In this document: positions 25,787-32,000 of the stretch, piece by piece
Position numbering within the stretch: position 1 is the stretch's first letter
Layout: each line of letters opens with the position of its first letter
Assembly: GCA_047651235.1 (NCBI GenBank)
Contig: CP178758.1
Span: forward strand, 2,760,001 to 2,792,000
Length of the DNA: 32,000 nucleotides
From: Candidatus Electrothrix yaqonensis
GTDB lineage: Bacteria > Desulfobacterota > Desulfobulbia > Desulfobulbales > Desulfobulbaceae
Direction of reading: 5' to 3'
Position numbers and translations under genes: made by a program
Notes under the pieces: model-generated
The model's input: only the letters and a program-made list of their open reading frames with translations
The model's database searches: none
Told to the model about the DNA's origin: nothing

Positions 25787-25984
25787 TCATTCAGCACGCT
25801 CTTTTTTTACCTCAGATGAGTCTGTCCCGTTGATGCAGGACAGAGTACCGAGAGTACTGCCGAACAGCTGTTCCGTTTTATGGGCAAAACTTCTCGGCAG
25901 ATGCATAGCTTTAAAATCTTGTCGTTTTTCCATCTTCCGGCGGAATTGCTCAATGTTGATCGAGGAGCTGTCTGAGTCGGGCAT
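25787..25984 (-). CDS. Possible small hypothetical protein (65 aa)
   Basis: ATG 25984 is preceded by AAGGAAG with 5-nt spacing and overlaps the 3' end of the upstream membrane/GAF-like gene by 35 nt. No recognisable motif, so it could be spurious. Confidence 0.25.
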   Translation of the reverse strand: MPDSDSSSINIEQFRRKMEKRQDFKAMHLPRSFAHKTEQLFGSTLGTLSCINGTDSSEVKKERAE

Positions 25985-27095
25985 GTTTGCTTCCTTGTAC
26001 AAGCATATGATTGACGGTTATTGAGAACGATACCGTTTCACTCAGCATATCAGCGAGAAACCGCATACAGTCGATATGTTCTTCACGGAATGCCTTTTTC
26101 TTCCCTGAAGTAAGATACAGGATGCCGATCATGCTTTTCTTTTTGCCGTCCCAGCCTGTGAGCGGCGCAACCATCATCGAGGCAACCTGGCGAAAAAACT
26201 GTCTGTCATCTTCTGCCTCCTGAAACACCTTTTCCCGTATAGCCCGGCCCATATCCCTGTACAGGAGCACGTCGTATTTATTCCGGTCTTCAATCAGACA
26301 GCGGGGAATCCCCTGGTTGGCAGGAATCGCTTCGCCCGGCCAATTGCTCTGTTCCAATCCTTTTGTCCGGGCCGCTGTCCCGTAGACAACATTCCCCTGT
26401 TCCTGGGGATGGGGAAATGCTATGCGGACAGCAAGCTCAATCGTTCTGTCTCCAGTGACAGCAGTAATGTACTCTTTGCAGAGTTCAAGGGTATCAGTAA
26501 AATGAGTCAGACATTCATCGGGGGCCGCCTTTTCATTGCTGGAGAGCTTTCTGAATAATTTTGTCTGGCTGTCCCGTATATGCCGGGAAAGCTGCTGCAG
26601 ACTGTTCTGCATATCCAACGTCCGCAGCGTTCTCCGGTGCAGGCTGAAAAAATTCGCACCGACAAATGAAAGCGTTATTGCCGCAATGATGCTGCTTTGC
26701 AGCACCGGCGAAAAATCAGGCAGAAAAAAAGCATGTAAGGCAAGAAAGAGAGCTGCCGAATAGATGCCAAGATAGAGCGTCCATCTTCTGCGGAAAAAAA
26801 AGGCAAACTGGTTATACTGCCATGCAGACCGGCCATCAGAATATGCAGCAAGGCAATACCGTTCCGTCCACCCGAAAACAGCAGACAACGGAGCTTCCTG
26901 CACCTCTTTAAAGATAAAACAGGTTGTTAGTATGGGAAAGGCATAAAAAAAAGGCCAGTAGTCCTGCAACAGCGCCTTAAGTGCATTTCCTTGAAAATAG
27001 GTCGATATTTCCAGTCCTGCCTGCAGACAGGCAAGCTGCAGCAAGTAGAGAATAATGAATTTACCGCTTTTTGCAGTCAACGACTGTTGTTTCAT
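25950..27095 (-). CDS. Membrane protein (about 4 TM) with C-terminal GAF-like domain
   Basis: 381 aa. N-terminal hydrophobic helices (FIILYLLQLACLQAGL, WPFFYAFPILTTCFIF, LYLGIYSAALFLALHAFFL, IIAAITLSFVGANFF). The C-terminal ~170 aa end in a GAF-like pattern ...ASMMVAPLTGWDGKKKSMIGILYLTSGKKKAFREEHIDCMRFLADMLSETVS. The domain call is from pattern memory only. Confidence 0.45.
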   Translation of the reverse strand: MKQQSLTAKSGKFIILYLLQLACLQAGLEISTYFQGNALKALLQDYWPFFYAFPILTTCFIFKEVQEAPLSAVFGWTERYCLAAYSDGRSAWQYNQFAFFFRRRWTLYLGIYSAALFLALHAFFLPDFSPVLQSSIIAAITLSFVGANFFSLHRRTLRTLDMQNSLQQLSRHIRDSQTKLFRKLSSNEKAAPDECLTHFTDTLELCKEYITAVTGDRTIELAVRIAFPHPQEQGNVVYGTAARTKGLEQSNWPGEAIPANQGIPRCLIEDRNKYDVLLYRDMGRAIREKVFQEAEDDRQFFRQVASMMVAPLTGWDGKKKSMIGILYLTSGKKKAFREEHIDCMRFLADMLSETVSFSITVNHMLVQGSKHARLRQLLDQH

Positions 27096-27190
27096 GATGC
27101 AGCAGGGTGAAAAGGTTATCGGGCAAAACAGGAATCAGGTGGAACAGAGGAATACTGCGGAAACTGGACAGCAGATCTTGTTGCGTCCTG

Positions 27191-27793
27191 TTACGCTTTC
27201 ACTCTGTTCACTTCATTTTGGGAAAAACGCTTGAGCAGCAGCTGAATAAGATAAAAACCGAATTTCGGATTCTGGTAATAAAGCTGTTTTATCCGGGTGT
27301 CCGTCATGGAGAGTAGCTCAACCTCGGTTGCGCAGCGCAGGGTGGCCAGCCGCACCGGATTACTGGCAAAGACCCCCATCTCGCCGAAAATCTCTCCCGC
27401 TTTGATGACGACATCCAGTTCGTCCACCGTAATACTGCCGGATTTGAGGAGATAGATTTTGCCTGCTTTATCTCCGCGGCGAAAGACGATATCATCTTTT
27501 TTTAATTGCTCTTTATGCATGTGAGGAATCATAAAGTCAAAAGACATGTCGCCCTCGGATGCTGCCTGAACTTGCTCAATCAGTTTGAGCATCTGAATCA
27601 GCCGGAAAAAATTCATGGGCAGCAGGACAGTATGCAGCACAAGCAGCGGCCATACCTCAGCATTGACCGCGTAGACAATAAAGGTCGCATTACTGGCCAT
27701 CCCGACGATCCTGAGGGGAATCATATTTTTCATGTAAAATGTTGAAAACATTAAACATGCCGCAGTAAACCCCAGTACTTCAACACAATCCAT
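27191..27793 (-). CDS. Small membrane-anchored cyclic-nucleotide-binding domain protein
   Basis: 200 aa. Three N-terminal hydrophobic segments, then a CNB fold: IVFRRGDKAGKIYLLKSGSITV...GEIFGEMGVFASNPVRLATLRCAT, with the phosphate-binding-cassette Arg present. Confidence 0.7.
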   Translation of the reverse strand: MDCVEVLGFTAACLMFSTFYMKNMIPLRIVGMASNATFIVYAVNAEVWPLLVLHTVLLPMNFFRLIQMLKLIEQVQAASEGDMSFDFMIPHMHKEQLKKDDIVFRRGDKAGKIYLLKSGSITVDELDVVIKAGEIFGEMGVFASNPVRLATLRCATEVELLSMTDTRIKQLYYQNPKFGFYLIQLLLKRFSQNEVNRVKA

Positions 27794-28133
27794 AGCAGCA
27801 GAAGCGGGTTCCTGAGCAAAACCGGACCGGGTTCTATACGAATGGCAGCCGGTGAACCCTCCTTCGGGTTCCGCTCATTTTTTAGTAGTTAGTTGAGGAC
27901 GATGATGAAGCAATGGTTCCGAATGAGCCGGTTCGGATATGGAGTCTAAAATAACTGCCTATAATACAGGAAAGAGAAGATTGTTTTCTACTTTAACTAT
28001 AGAAAAGCTGCCATTATTTTTCAACTACTTTAAACGGACAGTGATCGAACCTCCAAAAAAGTCCGCTCGCAGCAGGCAGATGAGGAAAGCTGCAGGAGGG
28101 TGAAGTGAACTAAGGAGAGGAGGGAGCTGTGAG

Positions 28134-28167
28134 GGATAAAAACAAAGGGCGAATATGCAATTCGCCC
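28134..28167 (-). terminator. Rho-independent terminator downstream of sat
   Basis: On the minus strand: GGGCGAAT-TGCAT-ATTCGCCC hairpin (28147-28167) followed by TTTGTTTTTA, about 65 nt after the sat stop. Confidence 0.6.
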
Positions 28168-28230
28168 CTGTGCTCTGTACAATGCGTACAGCTTCAGTGA
28201 CAGCGTGAAATTCCGCTGTCTTACATGGCG

Positions 28231-29508
28231 TTACATGGAGGCACCGGAAGCAGCACCCTGCATTTTGACCTCAACCTTTTCGGTCAGGCTGCCATAGTAC
28301 TTCTTGAGGTGATCGAGTACTTCATCGCGACCGAAATGATCGACGATGTCAGCACCCTCAGACAGGGCCTTGCGCAGTTTGGTTCCGGACAGGATAACAC
28401 GGTCGTCTTTGGTGTGGTTGCAGGTCCGCAGAGAAGCCATACCGTCACATTTATGGCAGTAGAAGGTCCAGTCGATTTTCATGGGCTGGCAGAGCAGATC
28501 TTTGCCCGGCTCACCGGTTTTCGGGATCCGATCAAAAATCTCCTGAGCCTCGAACAAGCCGTAGAAATCACCCACACCGGCATGGTCACGACCGATCAGC
28601 ATATCGCTGATTCCGTAGTTCTGGCGGAAGGTGGCATGGAGCAGACCTTCGCGGGGACCGGCATAGCGCATATCCAGCGGATAACCGCCATTGATGACGT
28701 TATCTTTGACAAAGTAGTTGTCGATCAGAATCTCGATAGCCTTAACGCGGGTATCCGCCGGGATATCACCGGGCTTCAGGTTGCCGATCAGAGAGTGAAT
28801 CAGAACGCCGTCACAAACCTCAATGGCAATCTTGGCCAGATACTCATGGGAGCGGTGCATGGGGTTACGCAGCTGCAGGGCAGCAACCTTGGACCAGCCG
28901 CGCTCCTCAAACATGGCGCGGGTCTCTGCCGGGGTCAGGTACACGCCCGGATACTCGTCCGGATAGCTGCCCTGAGAAAGAACTTTAACCGATCCGGCAA
29001 TGTTGACCTCTTTCTGGTTCATCACCATAATAACGCCGGGATGATCTTCCGGGGCGATCTCCCAGAACTTTCCGTCCACAGACTCCTCACCTTCGCCCAT
29101 GAAGACCTTCTCGCACTCCCACTTCTTGTCAGCCTCGGTCATTTCGTACTTTTCACTGACCTTCATGGTAGCCATAATCTCGCCGTCGGCTTCAAGGGCT
29201 ATCTCGTCACCCAGCTCAATGGCATCCGCATCTGCCTTGGAGATGTCCAAGGTGATGGGCACCGGCCAGAATGTTCCGTCTGCCAGCTGAAAATTTTCGC
29301 ATACGTTTTTCCAGTCCGCCTTGGTCATAAACCCGTCCAGCGGAGAGAACCCGCCGATTCCCAGCATGATCAGGTCGCCTTTTGCGCGGGCACTGACCTG
29401 CACTTTTTTCAGACCTGCTGCTTTTTCTTTTTCAGCTGCCAGTTCACTGCCGTGCAGCAGCGCGCAGACCAGACCTTTTCCGCCGTGAGGGGCTACCAGT
29501 TTAGACAT
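28231..29508 (-). CDS. sat: Sulfate adenylyltransferase (ATP sulfurylase), sulfate-reducer type
   Basis: 425 aa. [10 protein letters not shown]..., [13 protein letters not shown] and IGRDHAGVG motifs, Cys/His cluster [27 protein letters not shown] before the ATG. Confidence 0.93.
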   Translation of the reverse strand: MSKLVAPHGGKGLVCALLHGSELAAEKEKAAGLKKVQVSARAKGDLIMLGIGGFSPLDGFMTKADWKNVCENFQLADGTFWPVPITLDISKADADAIELGDEIALEADGEIMATMKVSEKYEMTEADKKWECEKVFMGEGEESVDGKFWEIAPEDHPGVIMVMNQKEVNIAGSVKVLSQGSYPDEYPGVYLTPAETRAMFEERGWSKVAALQLRNPMHRSHEYLAKIAIEVCDGVLIHSLIGNLKPGDIPADTRVKAIEILIDNYFVKDNVINGGYPLDMRYAGPREGLLHATFRQNYGISDMLIGRDHAGVGDFYGLFEAQEIFDRIPKTGEPGKDLLCQPMKIDWTFYCHKCDGMASLRTCNHTKDDRVILSGTKLRKALSEGADIVDHFGRDEVLDHLKKYYGSLTEKVEVKMQGAASGASM

Positions 29509-29630
29509 GATTCTTTCCTCTTCTGTTGAATGGTGGTTATGTAACTTGCTTTGATATCATATTTAAGTTGCCTGAAAACCGAAATTCAGAGGTACTCAGG
29601 TCGTCGAAAAATCGCTTACAAAAGAAACTA

Positions 29631-29658
29631 AATATAGGCGGGAAAACAAGGAAGTCAA
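29631..29658 (-). promoter_or_regulatory. Sigma70-like promoter candidate for sat (TTGACT-16 nt-TATATT on the minus strand)
   Basis: Reverse complement of 29653-29658 is TTGACT and of 29631-29636 is TATATT. This implies a ~115-nt 5' UTR. It lies directly after the upstream gene's terminator. Confidence 0.4.
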
Positions 29659-29660
29659 GG

Positions 29661-29689
29661 AAAAAAAGCTGTTCGGCCGGGCCGAACAG
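29661..29689 (-). terminator. Rho-independent terminator downstream of the PPC-domain protein gene
   Basis: On the minus strand: CTGTTCGGC-CCG-GCCGAACAG hairpin (29669-29689) followed by C-TTTTTTT (29661-29667). Confidence 0.6.
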
Positions 29690-29799
29690 GATGTTCAGTT
29701 TATTTGATAGAAGAGCGGGAAAACGTAAGGCGGATAACATGGAACCGAATCATGCCCCCATCTCATCCGCCTTTTCAGCAATGCTTCGCTCTTAATGGC

Positions 29800-30702
29800 C
29801 TATTTCCCGTCAAGCAGCAGCATGAGCCACGGCATGGCCTTGCCCTTTTTCGGCGCCGGGGGCTTGCTGCTTTTGTTGTTCAGCAGCAGCATGAGCCACG
29901 GCATGGCCTTGGGTTTCTCTTCTGTACCTGATACAGTAAATGAAAGAGTACCGGTGGATGGAAAGCGCGTAGTATCTGTTTCGTTGTCTGCCTCCACATA
30001 CCAGTAATTAGTTCCATTATCCAGCATATCAGCACTGTAAGGAATATTCGTCTCACAATAGTCTCCAGTTATTGTGCCAGCTATGGGATTTGAAGCATTG
30101 CTGTCTGTTCCGTAATGTATGGTGCAGCTTTCTGTATCAGCACTGACCACAACCTGTAGCAGTTGTTTCCCAGACGGATCCGGTGATACAGTTGCACCGT
30201 CTGCCGGATCAGGGTCTGAAATTTCAGGGCCGTTGTCATCGTCATTCCATATAAGATCGTATTCTGTTCCTATATCAGGTTCCCCATTTACTTTTATATA
30301 ATACGTCGCCCCGCCCTCAGCGTCTTCAGCTATAACTTCGAAACCGTCTGCTTCGCCTTCAGTATCTGCTATATAGACAGGAGGGTTCGGGGCTGAATCC
30401 TTGTAAAGGAACAAATCTATACCTTTACCCGGTTCATGAGTATATGTCAAAGCGACAGTAACCTGTGTGCTGTTCATTCCTACCGTGATTTTATACCAAT
30501 CTCCATCATTATAATACCCGGGGCCATTCAGCACGCTTAAATCTTCGCCTTCATGAGAGGTCAGATCAAAGGCTGTTGTGTAGTCATCATTCTCTTCGTA
30601 ATTATCTTCCAAGGCAATGGCGACTGACGGCATTATCAGAAAAAGGAGAACAGCTAAGACTTCATATCCGAGTCGTATAGTCTTCACATTTATCCTGTAC
30701 AT
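29800..30702 (-). CDS. Secreted protein: signal peptide + pre-peptidase C-terminal (PPC) domain + Ig-like domain + duplicated hydrophobic C-terminal tag
   Basis: 300 aa. Signal-like LAVLLFLIMPSVAIA. PPC opening motif EDNYEENDDYTTAFDL...DWYKITV. The second domain begins PDPADGATVSP. Ends ...KAMPWLMLLLNNKSSKPPAPKKGKAMPWLMLLLDGK. Confidence 0.7.
   Translation of the reverse strand: MYRINVKTIRLGYEVLAVLLFLIMPSVAIALEDNYEENDDYTTAFDLTSHEGEDLSVLNGPGYYNDGDWYKITVGMNSTQVTVALTYTHEPGKGIDLFLYKDSAPNPPVYIADTEGEADGFEVIAEDAEGGATYYIKVNGEPDIGTEYDLIWNDDDNGPEISDPDPADGATVSPDPSGKQLLQVVVSADTESCTIHYGTDSNASNPIAGTITGDYCETNIPYSADMLDNGTNYWYVEADNETDTTRFPSTGTLSFTVSGTEEKPKAMPWLMLLLNNKSSKPPAPKKGKAMPWLMLLLDGK
29813..29911. repeat. 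30-bp perfect direct repeat, 69-bp period, at the 3' end of the PPC-protein gene
   Basis: AGCAGCAGCATGAGCCACGGCATGGCCTTG occurs at 29813-29842 and again at 29882-29911. On the coding strand both copies encode KAMPWLMLLL. Confidence 0.9.
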
Positions 30703-30784
30703 TATGTTTCTCCGTCAACAAAATGATATTAAAATTTTCCTCAGAAGAAGATCCTTCTGTCCGCTAACCGCAATACCTTGGAGT

Positions 30785-30821
30785 AAAAAACAACAAAAGC
30801 ATCCTCCGAACAGAGGATGCT
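30785..30821 (-). terminator. Rho-independent terminator between the small secreted-protein gene and the PPC-protein gene
   Basis: On the minus strand: AGCATCCTC-TGTTCG-GAGGATGCT hairpin (30798-30821) followed by TTTGTTGTTTTTT (30785-30797). Confidence 0.65.
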
Positions 30822-30972
30822 GAGCTGCAGGTACTGCTGCTTTCCTTTTATCCTCCAGCCTGCAGAACACAGTACCGGCTCCGTCAGGCTTCCGATAAGA
30901 TTGGCAGCAGTCTGCTGAATTGAACAGCTGCTTCGGAAGCAGACGAAACCGGTTCAGGAATGAGCAAAAGAG

Positions 30973-31407
30973 TCAATTCTTCCAGACACCGTTTTTAAGC
31001 TTGATTTCCTGATTCGGTTTTTTTTCAGGTCTCTCAGAAGAAGGACTGTTCTGCCGGGTGTTTTTCATGAGGCTTACCGATACGATCCGCTGTTCACCGG
31101 AGACCTCATCCTCGACCGAGGTGACAAGAACTTGATCACCGGCTTCAAACGAACTCAGTTCTGTTCTTTTACCGTATTGATCATACAGAAGGACAGAGCT
31201 GTTCACCGGAACGAAAGAATCACTGATAATAACAGCATTATTCTGAACAGAATCCACCGTGCCTGTTTCTTCTGCTGTCGCAACTTCGGTCTCTGGTTCC
31301 TCAGCAGTACTTCTTCCGGGGAGCACGACCATGACAGCTCCGAAAAGCAGCAGGGGCGATATGACTGCGGCTGTCTTTTGTAAAAAAAGTATTCTCAAGT
31401 TGTTCAT
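30973..31407 (-). CDS. Small secreted hypothetical protein
   Basis: ATG 31407 is preceded by GGAGG and is preferred over the ORF start at 31500. Signal-like AAVISPLLLFGAVMVVLPGRSTA, then an acidic segment, a beta-rich core and a Lys/Pro tail. I recognise no family. Confidence 0.5.
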   Translation of the reverse strand: MNNLRILFLQKTAAVISPLLLFGAVMVVLPGRSTAEEPETEVATAEETGTVDSVQNNAVIISDSFVPVNSSVLLYDQYGKRTELSSFEAGDQVLVTSVEDEVSGEQRIVSVSLMKNTRQNSPSSERPEKKPNQEIKLKNGVWKN

Positions 31408-31566
31408 TATGTTGCCTCCGGATTTTCTGGGGCCCGGAATCAGCAGGTCGTTATACTGCCTACCGGACTGTCTTCTCCGCAAATACCTGCGCATATACAT
31501 TGAGCAGACCGGGCCGCCCTCTGTTCAGGGGCGGCTCCTGCCTGAATCTTCGGAAAAGAAACCTGT

Positions 31567-32000
31567 TCAGTACTCTTTCCAGTAGTAAAAGCCTTTCTTT
31601 TCCTCCTTCGTCCATAATCCCTCGGTAACTCCGGCAGAACTGCTGAAGATATTCAATTCCCGGTCTGTCAGTTTATCGGGGTCATCGACCACAACAGGCG
31701 CATGAAGGATACCGTCGTAGAGTATTCCGCTTGCTGGATAAGACTTGCCATCTATATCCACCATATCCTTCTCATCAATCTTGCCGTCATGATTGATATC
31801 TATAATAATTTCATCTTGGCGACCGCCACGACAGAAGTCAAGTGCATGCACAATAGATTTTCCGCCGCCGTCACAGGGAGAGTCTCCGGGGATCAGGCTG
31901 ATGACAATGGCATTGCCGGATCGGATCATAACATCCTTGACCACCCGTTCTCCTGCCAAGGTTGCATCCTCGTCATCTTCGTCAATCTCACCGTCACCGT
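31567..32000 (-). CDS. 3' fragment of a larger gene, PilY1-like / FG-GAP-like Ca-binding beta-propeller protein (truncated by the window edge)
   Basis: The frame stays open upstream of the listed TTG (…GDGEIDEDDEDATLAGERVV…) to position 32000. DINHDGKIDEKD is a DxNxDGxxD-type Ca loop. The C-terminus KKGFYYWKEY resembles the basic-x-x-W-[RK]-E ending I associate with PilY1/PilC. The family call is tentative. Confidence 0.35.
   Translation of the reverse strand, partial: GDGEIDEDDEDATLAGERVVKDVMIRSGNAIVISLIPGDSPCDGGGKSIVHALDFCRGGRQDEIIIDINHDGKIDEKDMVDIDGKSYPASGILYDGILHAPVVVDDPDKLTDRELNIFSSSAGVTEGLWTKEEKKGFYYWKEY

Noticed and set aside
27854-27883. Hairpin GAACCC-TCCTTC-GGGTTC followed by TTTTTT on the plus strand
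   Set aside because: Six non-T nucleotides separate the stem from the T-run, the stem is only 6 bp, and no plus-strand gene or recognisable sRNA ends here. It lies in the promoter region of a minus-strand gene.
28225-29529. 434-aa ORF on the plus strand almost exactly co-extensive with sat
   Set aside because: It is the antisense shadow of a gene with unmistakable ATP-sulfurylase motifs. Its translation is motif-free and low in information. No SD or promoter is evident. Long mirror ORFs are common opposite strongly codon-biased genes.
30703-30972. Possible c-di-GMP (GEMM-type) riboswitch upstream of the secreted PPC protein gene
   Set aside because: I looked for the conserved GEMM-I elements (GCAAAGCC-type tetraloop-receptor context, ACGCACAGGGCAAACC-like segment) on the minus strand and did not see them. 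The region is kept only as a generic structured leader in the findings.
31521-31548. GC-rich hairpin (GCCGCCC/GGGCGGC) just downstream of the PilY1-like gene stop
   Set aside because: No T-run follows on either strand, so it cannot be called an intrinsic terminator from sequence alone.
1-32000. Scan for tRNA/rRNA genes, CRISPR repeat-spacer arrays, transposases or integrases
   Set aside because: By eye I found no T-loop/acceptor-stem pattern, no periodic 25-40-bp repeats, no rRNA-like conserved blocks, and no DDE or tyrosine-recombinase-like ORFs. A tRNAscan/Infernal run would be the definitive check.

Overview
32-kb chromosomal window, about 50% G+C by eye. The gene content (dissimilatory-type sat, MucR/Ros regulator, delta-style T2SS) suggests a Desulfobacterota, Desulfobulbaceae-like genome; that taxonomic guess is inference only. 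Layout: (1) 31-1808(-): two envelope genes, a UPF0104/LPG-synthase-TM-like membrane protein and a hexapeptide acyltransferase. (2) 2218-14556(+): an 11-gene type II secretion operon in the order gspG-H-I-J-K-L-M-N-C-D-E with translationally coupled junctions. It has no gspF or prepilin peptidase. Its secretin carries a ~340-aa C-terminal add-on (TPR, Pro/Ser linker, beta-rich module, Cx3C-rich tail). (3) mnmA. (4) ~15.9-17.2 kb: a sharply AT-rich islet with an overlapping GHKL-ATPase / STAS-like (DUF4325-type) gene pair and its own promoter-like and terminator signals. This is my top candidate for an undescribed system. (5) A minus-strand housekeeping block: S1-domain protein, lolA, murI, MucR-family regulator. 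(6) An FmdB zinc-ribbon gene, a small membrane protein, and two tandem paralogues built as 4-Cys module + degenerate cNMP-binding domain + DUF4388-like domain. (7) fabB, whose last codons lie inside a 132-bp MITE-like inverted-repeat element. (8) A membrane GAF-like protein and a membrane cNMP-binding protein. (9) sat with its own promoter and terminator. (10) A secreted PPC-domain protein with a duplicated C-terminal PWLMLLL tag, a small secreted protein, and the 3' end of a PilY1/FG-GAP-like gene that runs off the window. I recognised no rRNA, tRNA, CRISPR array, transposase or integrase. All family assignments come from motif recognition by eye, not from searches.
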